A stretch of 64,000 nucleotides of DNA. Origin: an uncultured virus (IMG/VR IMGVR_UViG_2837229570_000001). Taxonomy: Duplodnaviria; Heunggongvirae; Uroviricota; Caudoviricetes. Below, piece after piece: positions 39,694 to 47,426 of this stretch. The position numbers and the translations under genes are program-made. Location: the IMG/VR virus record IMGVR_UViG_2837229570_000001; one strand, given 5' to 3'. Each line of letters starts with the position of its first letter. Within the stretch, counting starts at the first letter, position 1. Under the pieces are notes generated by a model, which saw only the letters and a program-made list of their open reading frames with translations, was not told where the DNA came from and did no database searches.

Positions 39694-40460
39694 TCCGCGT
39701 CAACCTCCACGCCCTCGTCCGTTTCATCCTCCGGGCCTCCCACATCGAACGCGCCGGTGGCCCTCATGCGCATAATGTCGAGGCGTTCCCGCTCCAACGC
39801 CATGCGCTTTTCGCTCTCTTCCAGCGCACGCAGGCTGTCGGCAATCTTGGTAATGCGCCCCTGCACCTTGTAAAGCGCCTCCTGCAGTTTCATGCTTCTT
39901 GCAAAGGCGCTGTCCTTGGTATACATGCCCATGTTCTGATTTGCGCCGTCCTGCTTCTTATCGCCGCGCCCGCCGGGCACGCGCATATCAAGCAGGCTGC
40001 TGATGTGCAGGGTGTCCTCCGGCTCCGCCTCATACTGGGCGATCTTCTCCAATATGCGGTGCTCCCGCACCTTGGCGATTTTCAACTCATGTTCCAGTGC
40101 TTCCTTGCTCCCGGTGGGCGTAAGCTGTACGATCTCCCTCTCCGAATCGGTGAGCATATCAAAAAAGATGGTGCTGTAAGCTCCATCCTTTTCCGCGTTC
40201 TTATTCCCCAGCGGCGCGCCCTCATGGCTGCCCGCCGCGTTTTTATGACCGGCGCTGTTCTTGTTGCCCGGCTGCCCGCCCCGCTTTTTCTTCGGTAGGT
40301 CGGCATCCCATTTGTCAGCCGCTTTCCAATTCCGCAAGGTCTGATAGGTCACGCCCAGCGCATCGGCCAGCTCGCGCAGGTTCACTTTCTCGCCCCGCGC
40401 CTTTCGGGCGATGTAATCAGCCTTGGCGGTGTCGCGCTTCTCGCTCCGCTTCGGCATCAT
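39690..40460 (-). CDS. Terminase-small-subunit-related HTH protein
   Basis: LRELA..LGV..TLRNWK..DKW, GGQPGNKN and GNKNAEK motifs. Confidence 0.75.
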   Translation of the reverse strand: MMPKRSEKRDTAKADYIARKARGEKVNLRELADALGVTYQTLRNWKAADKWDADLPKKKRGGQPGNKNSAGHKNAAGSHEGAPLGNKNAEKDGAYSTIFFDMLTDSEREIVQLTPTGSKEALEHELKIAKVREHRILEKIAQYEAEPEDTLHISSLLDMRVPGGRGDKKQDGANQNMGMYTKDSAFARSMKLQEALYKVQGRITKIADSLRALEESEKRMALERERLDIMRMRATGAFDVGGPEDETDEGVEVDAE

Positions 40461-41199
40461 CACACCCCCAAAATAGACGGCGCACCCCACTTGGCCTACC
40501 TGAATACCCCGCGTAGGGACGCAAGGCTTCGGCCAAAACAGGGCGCACCAATAACAAAGCCCGCAGCGTTTTAAGCTGTGGGCCTGTTCTTCACGCTATG
40601 AATATATCATGGAAAACCTGTCAAAGTTGCCAACTCTCAAAAATTTTTCTTGCCCTCCCGCCGCCGCGTCACTTTTTACTTGACCGCCTCCCGGCGCAAG
40701 CGCCCTCAAAACACCGTAAGCCCTTGCGGCTGCTGCATTTCTTTACTTGCCTGCAATTTGCCGCCCCCAGCAAAATGGTTTTCGATGTTTTGTCGATCTC
40801 ACCATTTCGTTGACCTCGCCAAAATGGCGAAGCGCCGCGCCCGCTGGTTCCGCTTCGGTGCCCTCATGCCCCCGGTGGTGCCCATTGATTTGCCCCTCCC
40901 GCGTTTTTTGAACCCCCTCCTATTTTCCGCCGCCCCGCCGGGGAAGCCCTAAAAAAATGTTCACACCTACAAAACTTTTGCGCTTCTGAACCCGTAAGGC
41001 ATCGCGCGGGCGCGCGCAGTACCTACGCGCGTGCGCAGGTATAAAATCGCGCGCGTTTATATATCGCGTGGGCGTTTGAAAGTCGCGGGCGGGTGCGGCG
41101 GGCGGTCATTGCTTCGGCGGTGTGCCGGTGGTGGGCTGCTGCTGGTGCTGCTGGTGCTGGTGTTTGTGCCGGTGCTGGCGGTTGTGCCGGTGGTGCTGC

Positions 41200-41468
41200 T
41201 GGTGCCGGTGGTGATCGTCGGCGCGGCTGCCGGTGGTGAGGCTGCCGGGCGGGGCTGGTGATCTGCTGGCTGCCGGTGGTGCCGGTGATCGTCGGCGCGG
41301 CTGCCGTTGGTGAGGCCGTCGGGCGGGGCTGGTGATCCGCTGGCTGCCGGTGGTGCCGGTGATCGTCGGCGCGGCTGCCGTTGGTGAGGCCGTCGGGCGG
41401 GGCTGGTGATCCGCTGGCTGCCGGTGGTGCCGGTGATCGTCGGCGCGGCTGCCGGTGGTGAGGCCGTC
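41200..41468. repeat. Non-coding 74-bp GC-rich tandem repeat (~3.5 copies)
   Basis: GATCGTCGGCGCGGCTGCC at 41213, 41287, 41361 and 41435. Confidence 0.9.
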
Positions 41469-41675
41469 TGGCGGGGCCGCCAGTGTCGCCGGGGAAGTAT
41501 TTACCGCGCGCGGTATCGTCTCCCGAAAGGCTATATAATACGCCCCCTATACCCCCCAGCACAGCGTTTTAACAGAAATTCACCACGGGAAAAGCAACGC
41601 CCCAGCGGAGCCGCCGAAAAATTTTTCCCCCTACGGGGGAACATCCCCGCCCCGAAAAAAATTTCAAAAAAACGC

Positions 41676-41735
41676 TTGACATTTACACGGCACCGTGTTA
41701 CATTCATGGCACAGCAAGCGACACGGCACCGTGTC
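41676..41735 (+). promoter_or_regulatory. Strong sigma-A promoter with two ACACGGCACCGTGT operators
   Basis: A-rich UP element, TTGACA-17-TACATT with extended TG. Palindromes at 41685-41698 and 41720-41735. Confidence 0.8.
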
Positions 41736-41771
41736 AAACGAAAAACGAAAAATCATCAGGAGGTTTTCACC

Positions 41772-42185
41772 ATGACGAACAACGAGATTATTTTTGAGAC
41801 TGTCCGCAGCAGCTTCACCCCCGCCCAGCTCGCCGATCTGGTCAACGCGACTTTCACCGCTGACCAGCTCAACGCCCGCCGCGCTGGCGTAAAGATCACC
41901 GTCGCCGAGGGCAGCGACGAAACCCCGGAAAGCGTGTTTAACGCCATGCTGGCCGCCGAGACTTTCCACACTTTCGCCGAGTGGAAGCGCATGGGGTACA
42001 GCGTGAAAAAGGGACAGCACGCCGCGCTTGTGTGCAATCTCTGGAAGTACACCGACAAGCCCGGCAAGGCCGCCCGCGAGGCCGCCGCCGCTGCTGGCGA
42101 GGATGCCCCGGAAAGCGACCCGCATTTTTACATGGCAAAGGCGCATCTTTTCCACGCCTTGCAGGTGGATAAGATCAGCAAGTGA
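41772..42185 (+). CDS. ArdC-like N-terminal (ssDNA-binding) domain protein
   Basis: HTFAEWKRMGYSVKKGQHA....LWK..LF...QV; AGGAGG RBS. Confidence 0.7.
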   Translation: MTNNEIIFETVRSSFTPAQLADLVNATFTADQLNARRAGVKITVAEGSDETPESVFNAMLAAETFHTFAEWKRMGYSVKKGQHAALVCNLWKYTDKPGKAAREAAAAAGEDAPESDPHFYMAKAHLFHALQVDKISK

Positions 42186-42195
42186 CCCCAGCGAC

Positions 42196-42242
42196 GCGGA
42201 CACTTTAGCAGGGCTGCACCGCACAAAGCAACCCCGCCCCAG
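42196..42242 (+). ncRNA. Motif A copy 1 (unassigned structured element, candidate ribozyme)
   Basis: Three intergenic copies with a compensatory change. Confidence 0.6.
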
Positions 42243-42286
42243 CCCATCGGGCATGAATCAAAATCAAACTTTGGAGGTTTTCAATT

Positions 42287-43216
42287 ATGGCAAAGCAAAA
42301 TTATTATGGCAGCTTCAACCCCAGCGCCGCCGCAAAGGCTCTGAAAATGGCCGACCGCTATTTCTGCCAGATCACCGAGGACGGCACAATTTACGCCGGT
42401 TCCGGCTATGTGCTTTTCAAGCTGACCCCCCACGACTACGCCGCCATTGTTCAGCCCGTCGCCTGCTGCGAGGCTGGCAACTGGACGATTGACCGCAACG
42501 GCAAGAGCGAAAGCAACATTGACGCGGCGCGCATCTTCTCCGAGGCCGTCAAGACCGCACAGAACGCCGCCGATCTGCAGTCCTGCCCGCTGGTTATCAA
42601 CTGCAAGAAAGACAAAAACCCCGCCGCCGCCTACTACAACGCCGAGGCCGATTTTGTAGCCCTTTACAATCCCGCATATCTCGCCGCTTTCCCCGGCGCG
42701 GCCATCCGCGCAAGCTCCGCTTGCAGCCCCGCGATCATGTATAACGGCGGGGAGGCCGTCGGGCTGGTAATGCCTATCCGCGCCGAACCCAAAGCCGCCC
42801 GCGCCGTTAAGGCATACTTTACCGAGGCCGACGACGACAACGACAACAACGCCGAGGCCGAGAAGCTGCGCGGCCAGTTGGCCGCCCGGAACGCCGAGCT
42901 GCTGGAAGCCCGCGACAAGATCAAAGCCCTGCGCGGTGAGATCAACGACCTGCAAGCGGAGGTTTGCGAGCTGTCCACCGTCAGCGCCGAGGCCGTGCCC
43001 GCCGCCGACAACAAGCCGGAACCCAAAACCGCCGCCGAGATCATCGCGGCGCGCTGGGCAGAGGTTGACGGCCTGACCGCAACTATCAAGGGCGCGCAGA
43101 CCGCCGCGCCGGTGGTGTGGCTTGCCGGTGACACAAAACCCCATGCAAAAGCCATCGAGGCCGACGGCGGCAAGTGGAGCGCCAAAAAGAACGCCTATTA
43201 TTTCCGCGTCGCCTGA
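42287..43216 (+). CDS. Hypothetical multidomain protein
   Basis: 309 aa; GLVMP.R, coiled coil, WL.GDTKPH..G.KWS.KK.A.Y. Confidence 0.7.
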   Translation: MAKQNYYGSFNPSAAAKALKMADRYFCQITEDGTIYAGSGYVLFKLTPHDYAAIVQPVACCEAGNWTIDRNGKSESNIDAARIFSEAVKTAQNAADLQSCPLVINCKKDKNPAAAYYNAEADFVALYNPAYLAAFPGAAIRASSACSPAIMYNGGEAVGLVMPIRAEPKAARAVKAYFTEADDDNDNNAEAEKLRGQLAARNAELLEARDKIKALRGEINDLQAEVCELSTVSAEAVPAADNKPEPKTAAEIIAARWAEVDGLTATIKGAQTAAPVVWLAGDTKPHAKAIEADGGKWSAKKNAYYFRVA

Positions 43217-43220
43217 CACA

Positions 43221-43293
43221 ACCCGCAAGGCCGACGGCATCCGCCGCCGCTGGTGCAAGCCCAGCCGCCCCACCGGGGCGGGCGCTCATGGGT
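43221..43293 (+). ncRNA. Twister-sister self-cleaving ribozyme, copy 1
   Basis: ACCCGCAAGGCCGACGGCATCCGCCGCCGCTGGTGCAAGCCCAGCC-hairpin-GGGCGCTCATGGGT matches, from memory, the four-way-junction twister-sister ribozyme. Confidence 0.85.
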
Positions 43294-43329
43294 CACAATC
43301 CAAACCAAAAAAACAGGAGGTAAAACACT

Positions 43330-43929
43330 ATGATGCTTGAAGAATTTGAAAGCCGTACCGGCTTTTATCCCACCCGCGACCTTTACAGCCGAATTGAAGC
43401 GGCTTACATGGAAAGCGGACTTGACAAAGACAGCTTTTGCGCCGCGTACAAAGAAAACCGCGACGGCATAGCGGAGGCAATCGCACGGGATGCCGCTTTT
43501 GATGAAATCAAGGCCGCCACCCAGCGAGAAAGCGAAATCAAGAAGCTGCAAGAGCAGGTCGCCCAGCTTACAAAACAGCTTGATCGGGAACTCGAATGGA
43601 AGCCCTACGAACTGTCGCAGAATGTGCCGCAAGCAGATTATGCAAAGCTTGCCGCCGGTGCCGAAAGCGGGCTATGCGCTCACTACATGACCGACGAGGA
43701 AGCAATCAAATGGATTTGTGACGAGTTTGATTTTGACCCGGCAAAGATCACGATCATTCACGAAGTCCCGGAATACGAAATCAACCGTCACAACCAGCTC
43801 CGCAAAACTGGGAAAATGTACGACTGCCGCCCGGTTTACTGTGCTACCGATTATCACTACATCCGCTTCAACACAAAGCGCTGGTTCTATGAGGTCTGGA
43901 ACGGCCAGCTCCGCCCGTTCTACGCATAA
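43330..43929 (+). CDS. Hypothetical protein
   Basis: 199 aa; MMLEEFE.RTG..Y..IE..YM....DKD.FC; AGGAGG RBS. Confidence 0.7.
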   Translation: MMLEEFESRTGFYPTRDLYSRIEAAYMESGLDKDSFCAAYKENRDGIAEAIARDAAFDEIKAATQRESEIKKLQEQVAQLTKQLDRELEWKPYELSQNVPQADYAKLAAGAESGLCAHYMTDEEAIKWICDEFDFDPAKITIIHEVPEYEINRHNQLRKTGKMYDCRPVYCATDYHYIRFNTKRWFYEVWNGQLRPFYA

Positions 43930-43935
43930 CCCACA

Positions 43936-44009
43936 ACCCGCAAGGCCGACGGCATCCGCCGCCGCTGGTGCAAGCCCAGCCGCCCCCGCCGGGGCGGGCG
44001 CTCATGGGT
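43936..44009 (+). ncRNA. Twister-sister self-cleaving ribozyme, copy 2
   Basis: Identical to copy 1 except for the loop of the last hairpin. Confidence 0.85.
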
Positions 44010-44044
44010 CACAACCCAAAACCACAAAACAGGAGGTTTTCATC

Positions 44045-44488
44045 ATGGCAGCAACAACACGCCCCATCCCCGGCATCTTCTCCAAGGTTCCCGGCGGCTA
44101 CGCACAGCAGATCAACGAGCAGACAACGCTTTTTGTCCCGGATATGTGCGCCGCCAGTTTTAACCCCGACACCGGCGATCTTCGCGGCTACGCTCCCGAC
44201 TATGAAGCGCTGGAAGCTGCAAAGGCTCCCGCCGTCCACGCTGACAAACCCGGCGAATATTCCTATTGCTACGAAATGCAAAAGGCTCCAACGGGCTGCG
44301 ACTTCGCCGCCGATCTCTCCTATTACGGCAAGCACTACTTTCTCCGGCCACTCCGCGACGATCTCCCGCAGCTCCACGGGCGCGGCATCAGCTACGATGA
44401 AAAGCGTAACACCTATACGGTCACGCTCCGCGCCTATGAGAAGCTCAAAGAGCAATACCGCATCCGATACGAAACCTGCCTTGATTGA
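44045..44488 (+). CDS. Hypothetical protein
   Basis: 147 aa from MAATTRPIPG; AGGAGG RBS. Confidence 0.7.
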   Translation: MAATTRPIPGIFSKVPGGYAQQINEQTTLFVPDMCAASFNPDTGDLRGYAPDYEALEAAKAPAVHADKPGEYSYCYEMQKAPTGCDFAADLSYYGKHYFLRPLRDDLPQLHGRGISYDEKRNTYTVTLRAYEKLKEQYRIRYETCLD

Positions 44489-44495
44489 CCCCCAC

Positions 44496-44544
44496 CCGGA
44501 CACTTTCGCGGGGCTGCACCGGCACACAAAGCAACCCCACCCCA
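44496..44544 (+). ncRNA. Motif A copy 2
   Basis: CCGGACACTTTCGCGGGGCTGCACCGG..AAAGCAACCCC. Confidence 0.6.
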
Positions 44545-44589
44545 TAAGCAAAACCCAAAACCCAAAAATCCAAAACGGAGGTACACAAA

Positions 44590-45504
44590 ATGTCTGTTAC
44601 TTACTACCCGATCAACGAGGACACCGCCCGCAACGCGCATTACATGGTACACATGAGCGACTACAAGCCCGGCAGCGCCACGGCCGGCTACCGCGCCGCC
44701 GTGGACGAGGCCGCCGCGCTGGTGGAGGCGCAGAAAGCCAAGGTCAGCCCCTACTATCACGACAAGCTGGACGGCCTGCTTGACCGCTACGCCCGCCGCC
44801 TTGCCGAGTGGACGAACGACTACAACCGCAATCAGGCCAGCTATCCCAGCCAGTTTATTTCCGGGGCGGGCGGCTTCAATATGCGCAAGCACAACAAGCA
44901 GATGGCGCGGGAAGATACCCTCTGGAAAGAGTACGACGAGATCAAAGCCCTGCTGCACAAGATGGAAAGTGTCGGCACCGGCCCGGTCGATCTGGCAGAC
45001 CCCCACGCCCGTGAAATCCTCACCGACCAGCTCCAAAAGCTCCAAGCCCGGCTTGACCGCAACAAGGCTATGAACGCCTATTATCGCAAGCACAAATCCT
45101 TTGCCGGTTTCCCGGAGCTGACCGACGAGGCCGCCGCCCGGCTCGATGCACAATTTGCCGAAACCCGGCAGCAGTGCCCGTGGATTGACAAGCCGTGCCC
45201 CGACTATGAATTGACCAGCCTGCGCGGCAAGATTAAGCGCGTGGAAGAACGCATTGCGGAGCTGGACAAACGCGCCCAGCAGGCGGAGCAGCCCGCCGAC
45301 AACACAGCTTTCCCCGGCGGCGAGATCGTCCGCAATCTGGAAGCCGACCGGCTGCAGATCATCTTCGACGAAAAGCCCGACGAGGACACCCGCGCCGCCC
45401 TGAAACAAAACGGCTTCCGCTGGTCGCCCCGGTACGGCGCATGGCAGCGCCAGTTGACCCAAAACGCAGAATCCGCCGCCCGCCGCGCTCTTGGCCTGAA
45501 ATAA
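44590..45504 (+). CDS. DUF3560-like/polyvalent-type protein
   Basis: PS..ISGAG.F..RK; N.EADRLQIIFD.KPD..R..LK.NGFRWSP..AWQRQLT. Confidence 0.65.
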   Translation: MSVTYYPINEDTARNAHYMVHMSDYKPGSATAGYRAAVDEAAALVEAQKAKVSPYYHDKLDGLLDRYARRLAEWTNDYNRNQASYPSQFISGAGGFNMRKHNKQMAREDTLWKEYDEIKALLHKMESVGTGPVDLADPHAREILTDQLQKLQARLDRNKAMNAYYRKHKSFAGFPELTDEAAARLDAQFAETRQQCPWIDKPCPDYELTSLRGKIKRVEERIAELDKRAQQAEQPADNTAFPGGEIVRNLEADRLQIIFDEKPDEDTRAALKQNGFRWSPRYGAWQRQLTQNAESAARRALGLK

Positions 45505-45548
45505 TCAAAAGCCCGCCCCGGAGGTAACGAGGGCAGAAAGGACATAAA

Positions 45549-45743
45549 ATGTGTCTTACACAGCAGAACGCCGCCCAGTTTGTCGGCAAGTCCCTGTTTG
45601 GCGGGCACTTCCATTATTGGCCTCTGCGTGTCATTCAACACAAAAACGGCCTGTATTACTACATTGACCGTTTCGGCGTTATGATGAAATGCCCAGACCA
45701 AAACGACCTTTTCAACGCGGTTTATTTCAGCCGAGCCGAATAA
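45549..45743 (+). CDS. Small hypothetical protein
   Basis: 64 aa; AAAGGA RBS. Confidence 0.55.
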   Translation: MCLTQQNAAQFVGKSLFGGHFHYWPLRVIQHKNGLYYYIDRFGVMMKCPDQNDLFNAVYFSRAE

Positions 45744-45781
45744 CCGCCGCAACCATTTTCGTGACCTCACGAAAAAGATAC

Positions 45782-45828
45782 CCGGACACTTTCGCAGGGC
45801 TGCACCGGCCAAAGCAACCCCGCCCCAG
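45782..45828 (+). ncRNA. Motif A copy 3
   Basis: CCGGACACTTTCGCAGGGCTGCACCGGCCAAAGCAACCCCGCCCC. Confidence 0.6.
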
Positions 45829-45871
45829 AAGCAAAAACCCAAGAACATAACACAAAACGGAGGTACAAACC

Positions 45872-46108
45872 ATGTTCACCGTTCCCGCAGGCACCCCGCT
45901 CTACACAAAAGAGCATGACGGCACCGTACAGCGCTGGTATCTGTTCGGCTGGTACGGCGATACCTTTTCCGTCGCGCCTCGCAAAAACGCCAAGCTGCGC
46001 GACTACAAGCGCTATTATTCCGCCGCCGACATCGGCCAGACTATCTACAAGACCCGCAAAGAGGCCGCCGCCGCGCCCTGTCCCGCCACAGTCTACCAGC
46101 CCCGCTAA
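45872..46108 (+). CDS. Small hypothetical protein
   Basis: 78 aa; GGAGG RBS. Confidence 0.6.
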   Translation: MFTVPAGTPLYTKEHDGTVQRWYLFGWYGDTFSVAPRKNAKLRDYKRYYSAADIGQTIYKTRKEAAAAPCPATVYQPR

Positions 46109-46116
46109 ATCTATCA

Positions 46117-46145
46117 TAGACAGTAACACGACATCGTGTTATAAT
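46117..46145 (+). promoter_or_regulatory. Sigma-A promoter with an AACACGACATCGTGTT operator in its spacer
   Basis: TAGACA-17-TATAAT; palindrome at 46125-46140. Confidence 0.8.
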
Positions 46146-46167
46146 TCATGCACAACGGAGGGATTGC

Positions 46168-46431
46168 ATGGAACACAAATCGCAAGAAGTTTTTCCCGCT
46201 TTTCGCCTCGTCGCCCAGTTCGCCGACGGCCAGCGGCTTCTTTTTGACGGCCTGACGGAGCAGCAAGCCCGGCAGGCCATGGAGGCAGCGCAAACCCAGC
46301 ACGGCGACATTACATGGTGGGACGGCGTGACCGATCAACATTACGAAAATGGCCGCTATTTCGCAACACTGCCCCCGCCGCCAGAGATCACCATGTACGA
46401 TCTGACGGATTATCCCAACAAGGAGGAATGA
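46168..46431 (+). CDS. Small hypothetical protein
   Basis: 87 aa; GGAGG RBS. Confidence 0.6.
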   Translation: MEHKSQEVFPAFRLVAQFADGQRLLFDGLTEQQARQAMEAAQTQHGDITWWDGVTDQHYENGRYFATLPPPPEITMYDLTDYPNKEE

Positions 46432-46434
46432 CCC

Positions 46435-46653
46435 ATGCCCATAGCCGCATCCAAACGCCGCAACAACGATATTTACAACGCCAAGTGTGACCGCATCAGC
46501 GCCCGCCCCTTAAAGCCCGTCGGCAACGCCATCCGCGCCGCCGCGCAGGCCGCCGGGCAGAGCGTGCAGGCGTATGTGCTGCAAGCCTGTGAAGAACGCA
46601 TGACCCGTGAAGGCCGCCCCTTGGAACTGGACAAACCGCCCGATGAAACATGA
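46435..46653 (+). CDS. Ribbon-helix-helix (Arc-like) regulator
   Basis: YNAK.DRIS.R......IRAAA..AGQSV.AYV..A..ERM. Confidence 0.7.
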   Translation: MPIAASKRRNNDIYNAKCDRISARPLKPVGNAIRAAAQAAGQSVQAYVLQACEERMTREGRPLELDKPPDET

Positions 46654-46668
46654 CCCCCGCCGCGCGCA

Positions 46669-46712
46669 AAAACACCCCCGGTAGGCTCTCGACCAGCCCG
46701 CCGGGGGTGTTC
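46669..46712. terminator. Terminator between convergent operons
   Basis: AACACCCCCGG..GGCT / AGCC..CCGGGGGTGTT. Confidence 0.7.
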
Positions 46713-46921
46713 TATTATCCGCGTATTCGCAAATTGTTTTTCCAGCGGCTTTTTGAGCCTGCGGAAACAGCTTCGCGTCGCGCGGTTTGCAATTCTCTTA
46801 ATTTCTGTTTTTGGAACAGTTTTTGACAGTGCTTTTCCCGCCCGCCGGGCGCAGATCATCCCGGCGCGCGGTGCCGGAGGCAATGAGCTTCAAGACCAGC
46901 AGAAAATGACCCGATATACAA

Positions 46922-47404
46922 CTAAACGCGCGCGCGCGTCGCGCGGCCCAAAATCTCGCCGGTTTCCCCCGCATCTTCCAGCGCTTTTCCGAACCGAATC
47001 AGCGCCTTGCTGTCCCAGTGGCGCACAGTGCTGTCCGGCGCGCCGATACGGGCGGAAATTCCGCCCCAACTGTACCCATTGAGATAGCGCATGGTGAGGA
47101 TGTTCTTGTACCTACCGTTCACAGCGTCAAGGGCACTCTGAATGTGCCGCTGGTCGTCCTCCAAAACCTGCACCCGGTTTTCGATCTCCCGGATGCGGTC
47201 AGAGGCCCCGCTTTCCGCAAGTCTGACCACCGCGCTTTCAACCGGGCTGCCCGGCGATGTGCCGTGGGGCATCCCGTCCATGGAGATACCATGCAGGCCG
47301 CAGTATTCGTCCTCCAGCTCCCGGCGCTCCTGCTGCAAAAGCCGCTTCATTTCCGGGATGCTGCGGTAGTACATGATGATCGTTTTCGCGTCTTTCCGCT
47401 GCAT
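46922..47404 (-). CDS. ArpU/RinA-like late transcriptional activator
   Basis: DGMPHG..P.E; IL.MRYL.G.SW..I sigma-4-like HTH; last early gene. Confidence 0.75.
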   Translation of the reverse strand: MQRKDAKTIIMYYRSIPEMKRLLQQERRELEDEYCGLHGISMDGMPHGTSPGSPVESAVVRLAESGASDRIREIENRVQVLEDDQRHIQSALDAVNGRYKNILTMRYLNGYSWGGISARIGAPDSTVRHWDSKALIRFGKALEDAGETGEILGRATRARV

Positions 47405-47426
47405 AATGCTCGCCTCCGTTCCTCTG

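Noticed and set aside
40618..40636. GTCAAAGTTGCCAAC as a repressor operator at the late promoter
   Set aside because: Only one good half-site, which could be chance
41120..41210. E. coli Chi (GCTGGTGG) cluster
   Set aside because: Only near-matches (GCTGGTGC, CCGGTGG) were seen and the host is not an enterobacterium; kept only as speculation
41023..41562. Pro/Ala-rich ORFs across the 74-bp repeat
   Set aside because: The repeat period is not a multiple of 3, so these are low-complexity artefacts
42196..42242. Motif A as an HDV-like/theta ribozyme or a terminator
   Set aside because: Helix order differs from HDV and there is no 6-7-bp P1. There is no U-tract, and downstream genes are co-oriented.
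41200..45830. CRISPR array or integron attC interpretation of the repeats
   Set aside because: The 74-bp units have no unique spacers. The intergenic repeats are separated by whole genes and lack attC R-box structure. No cas or intI gene is present.
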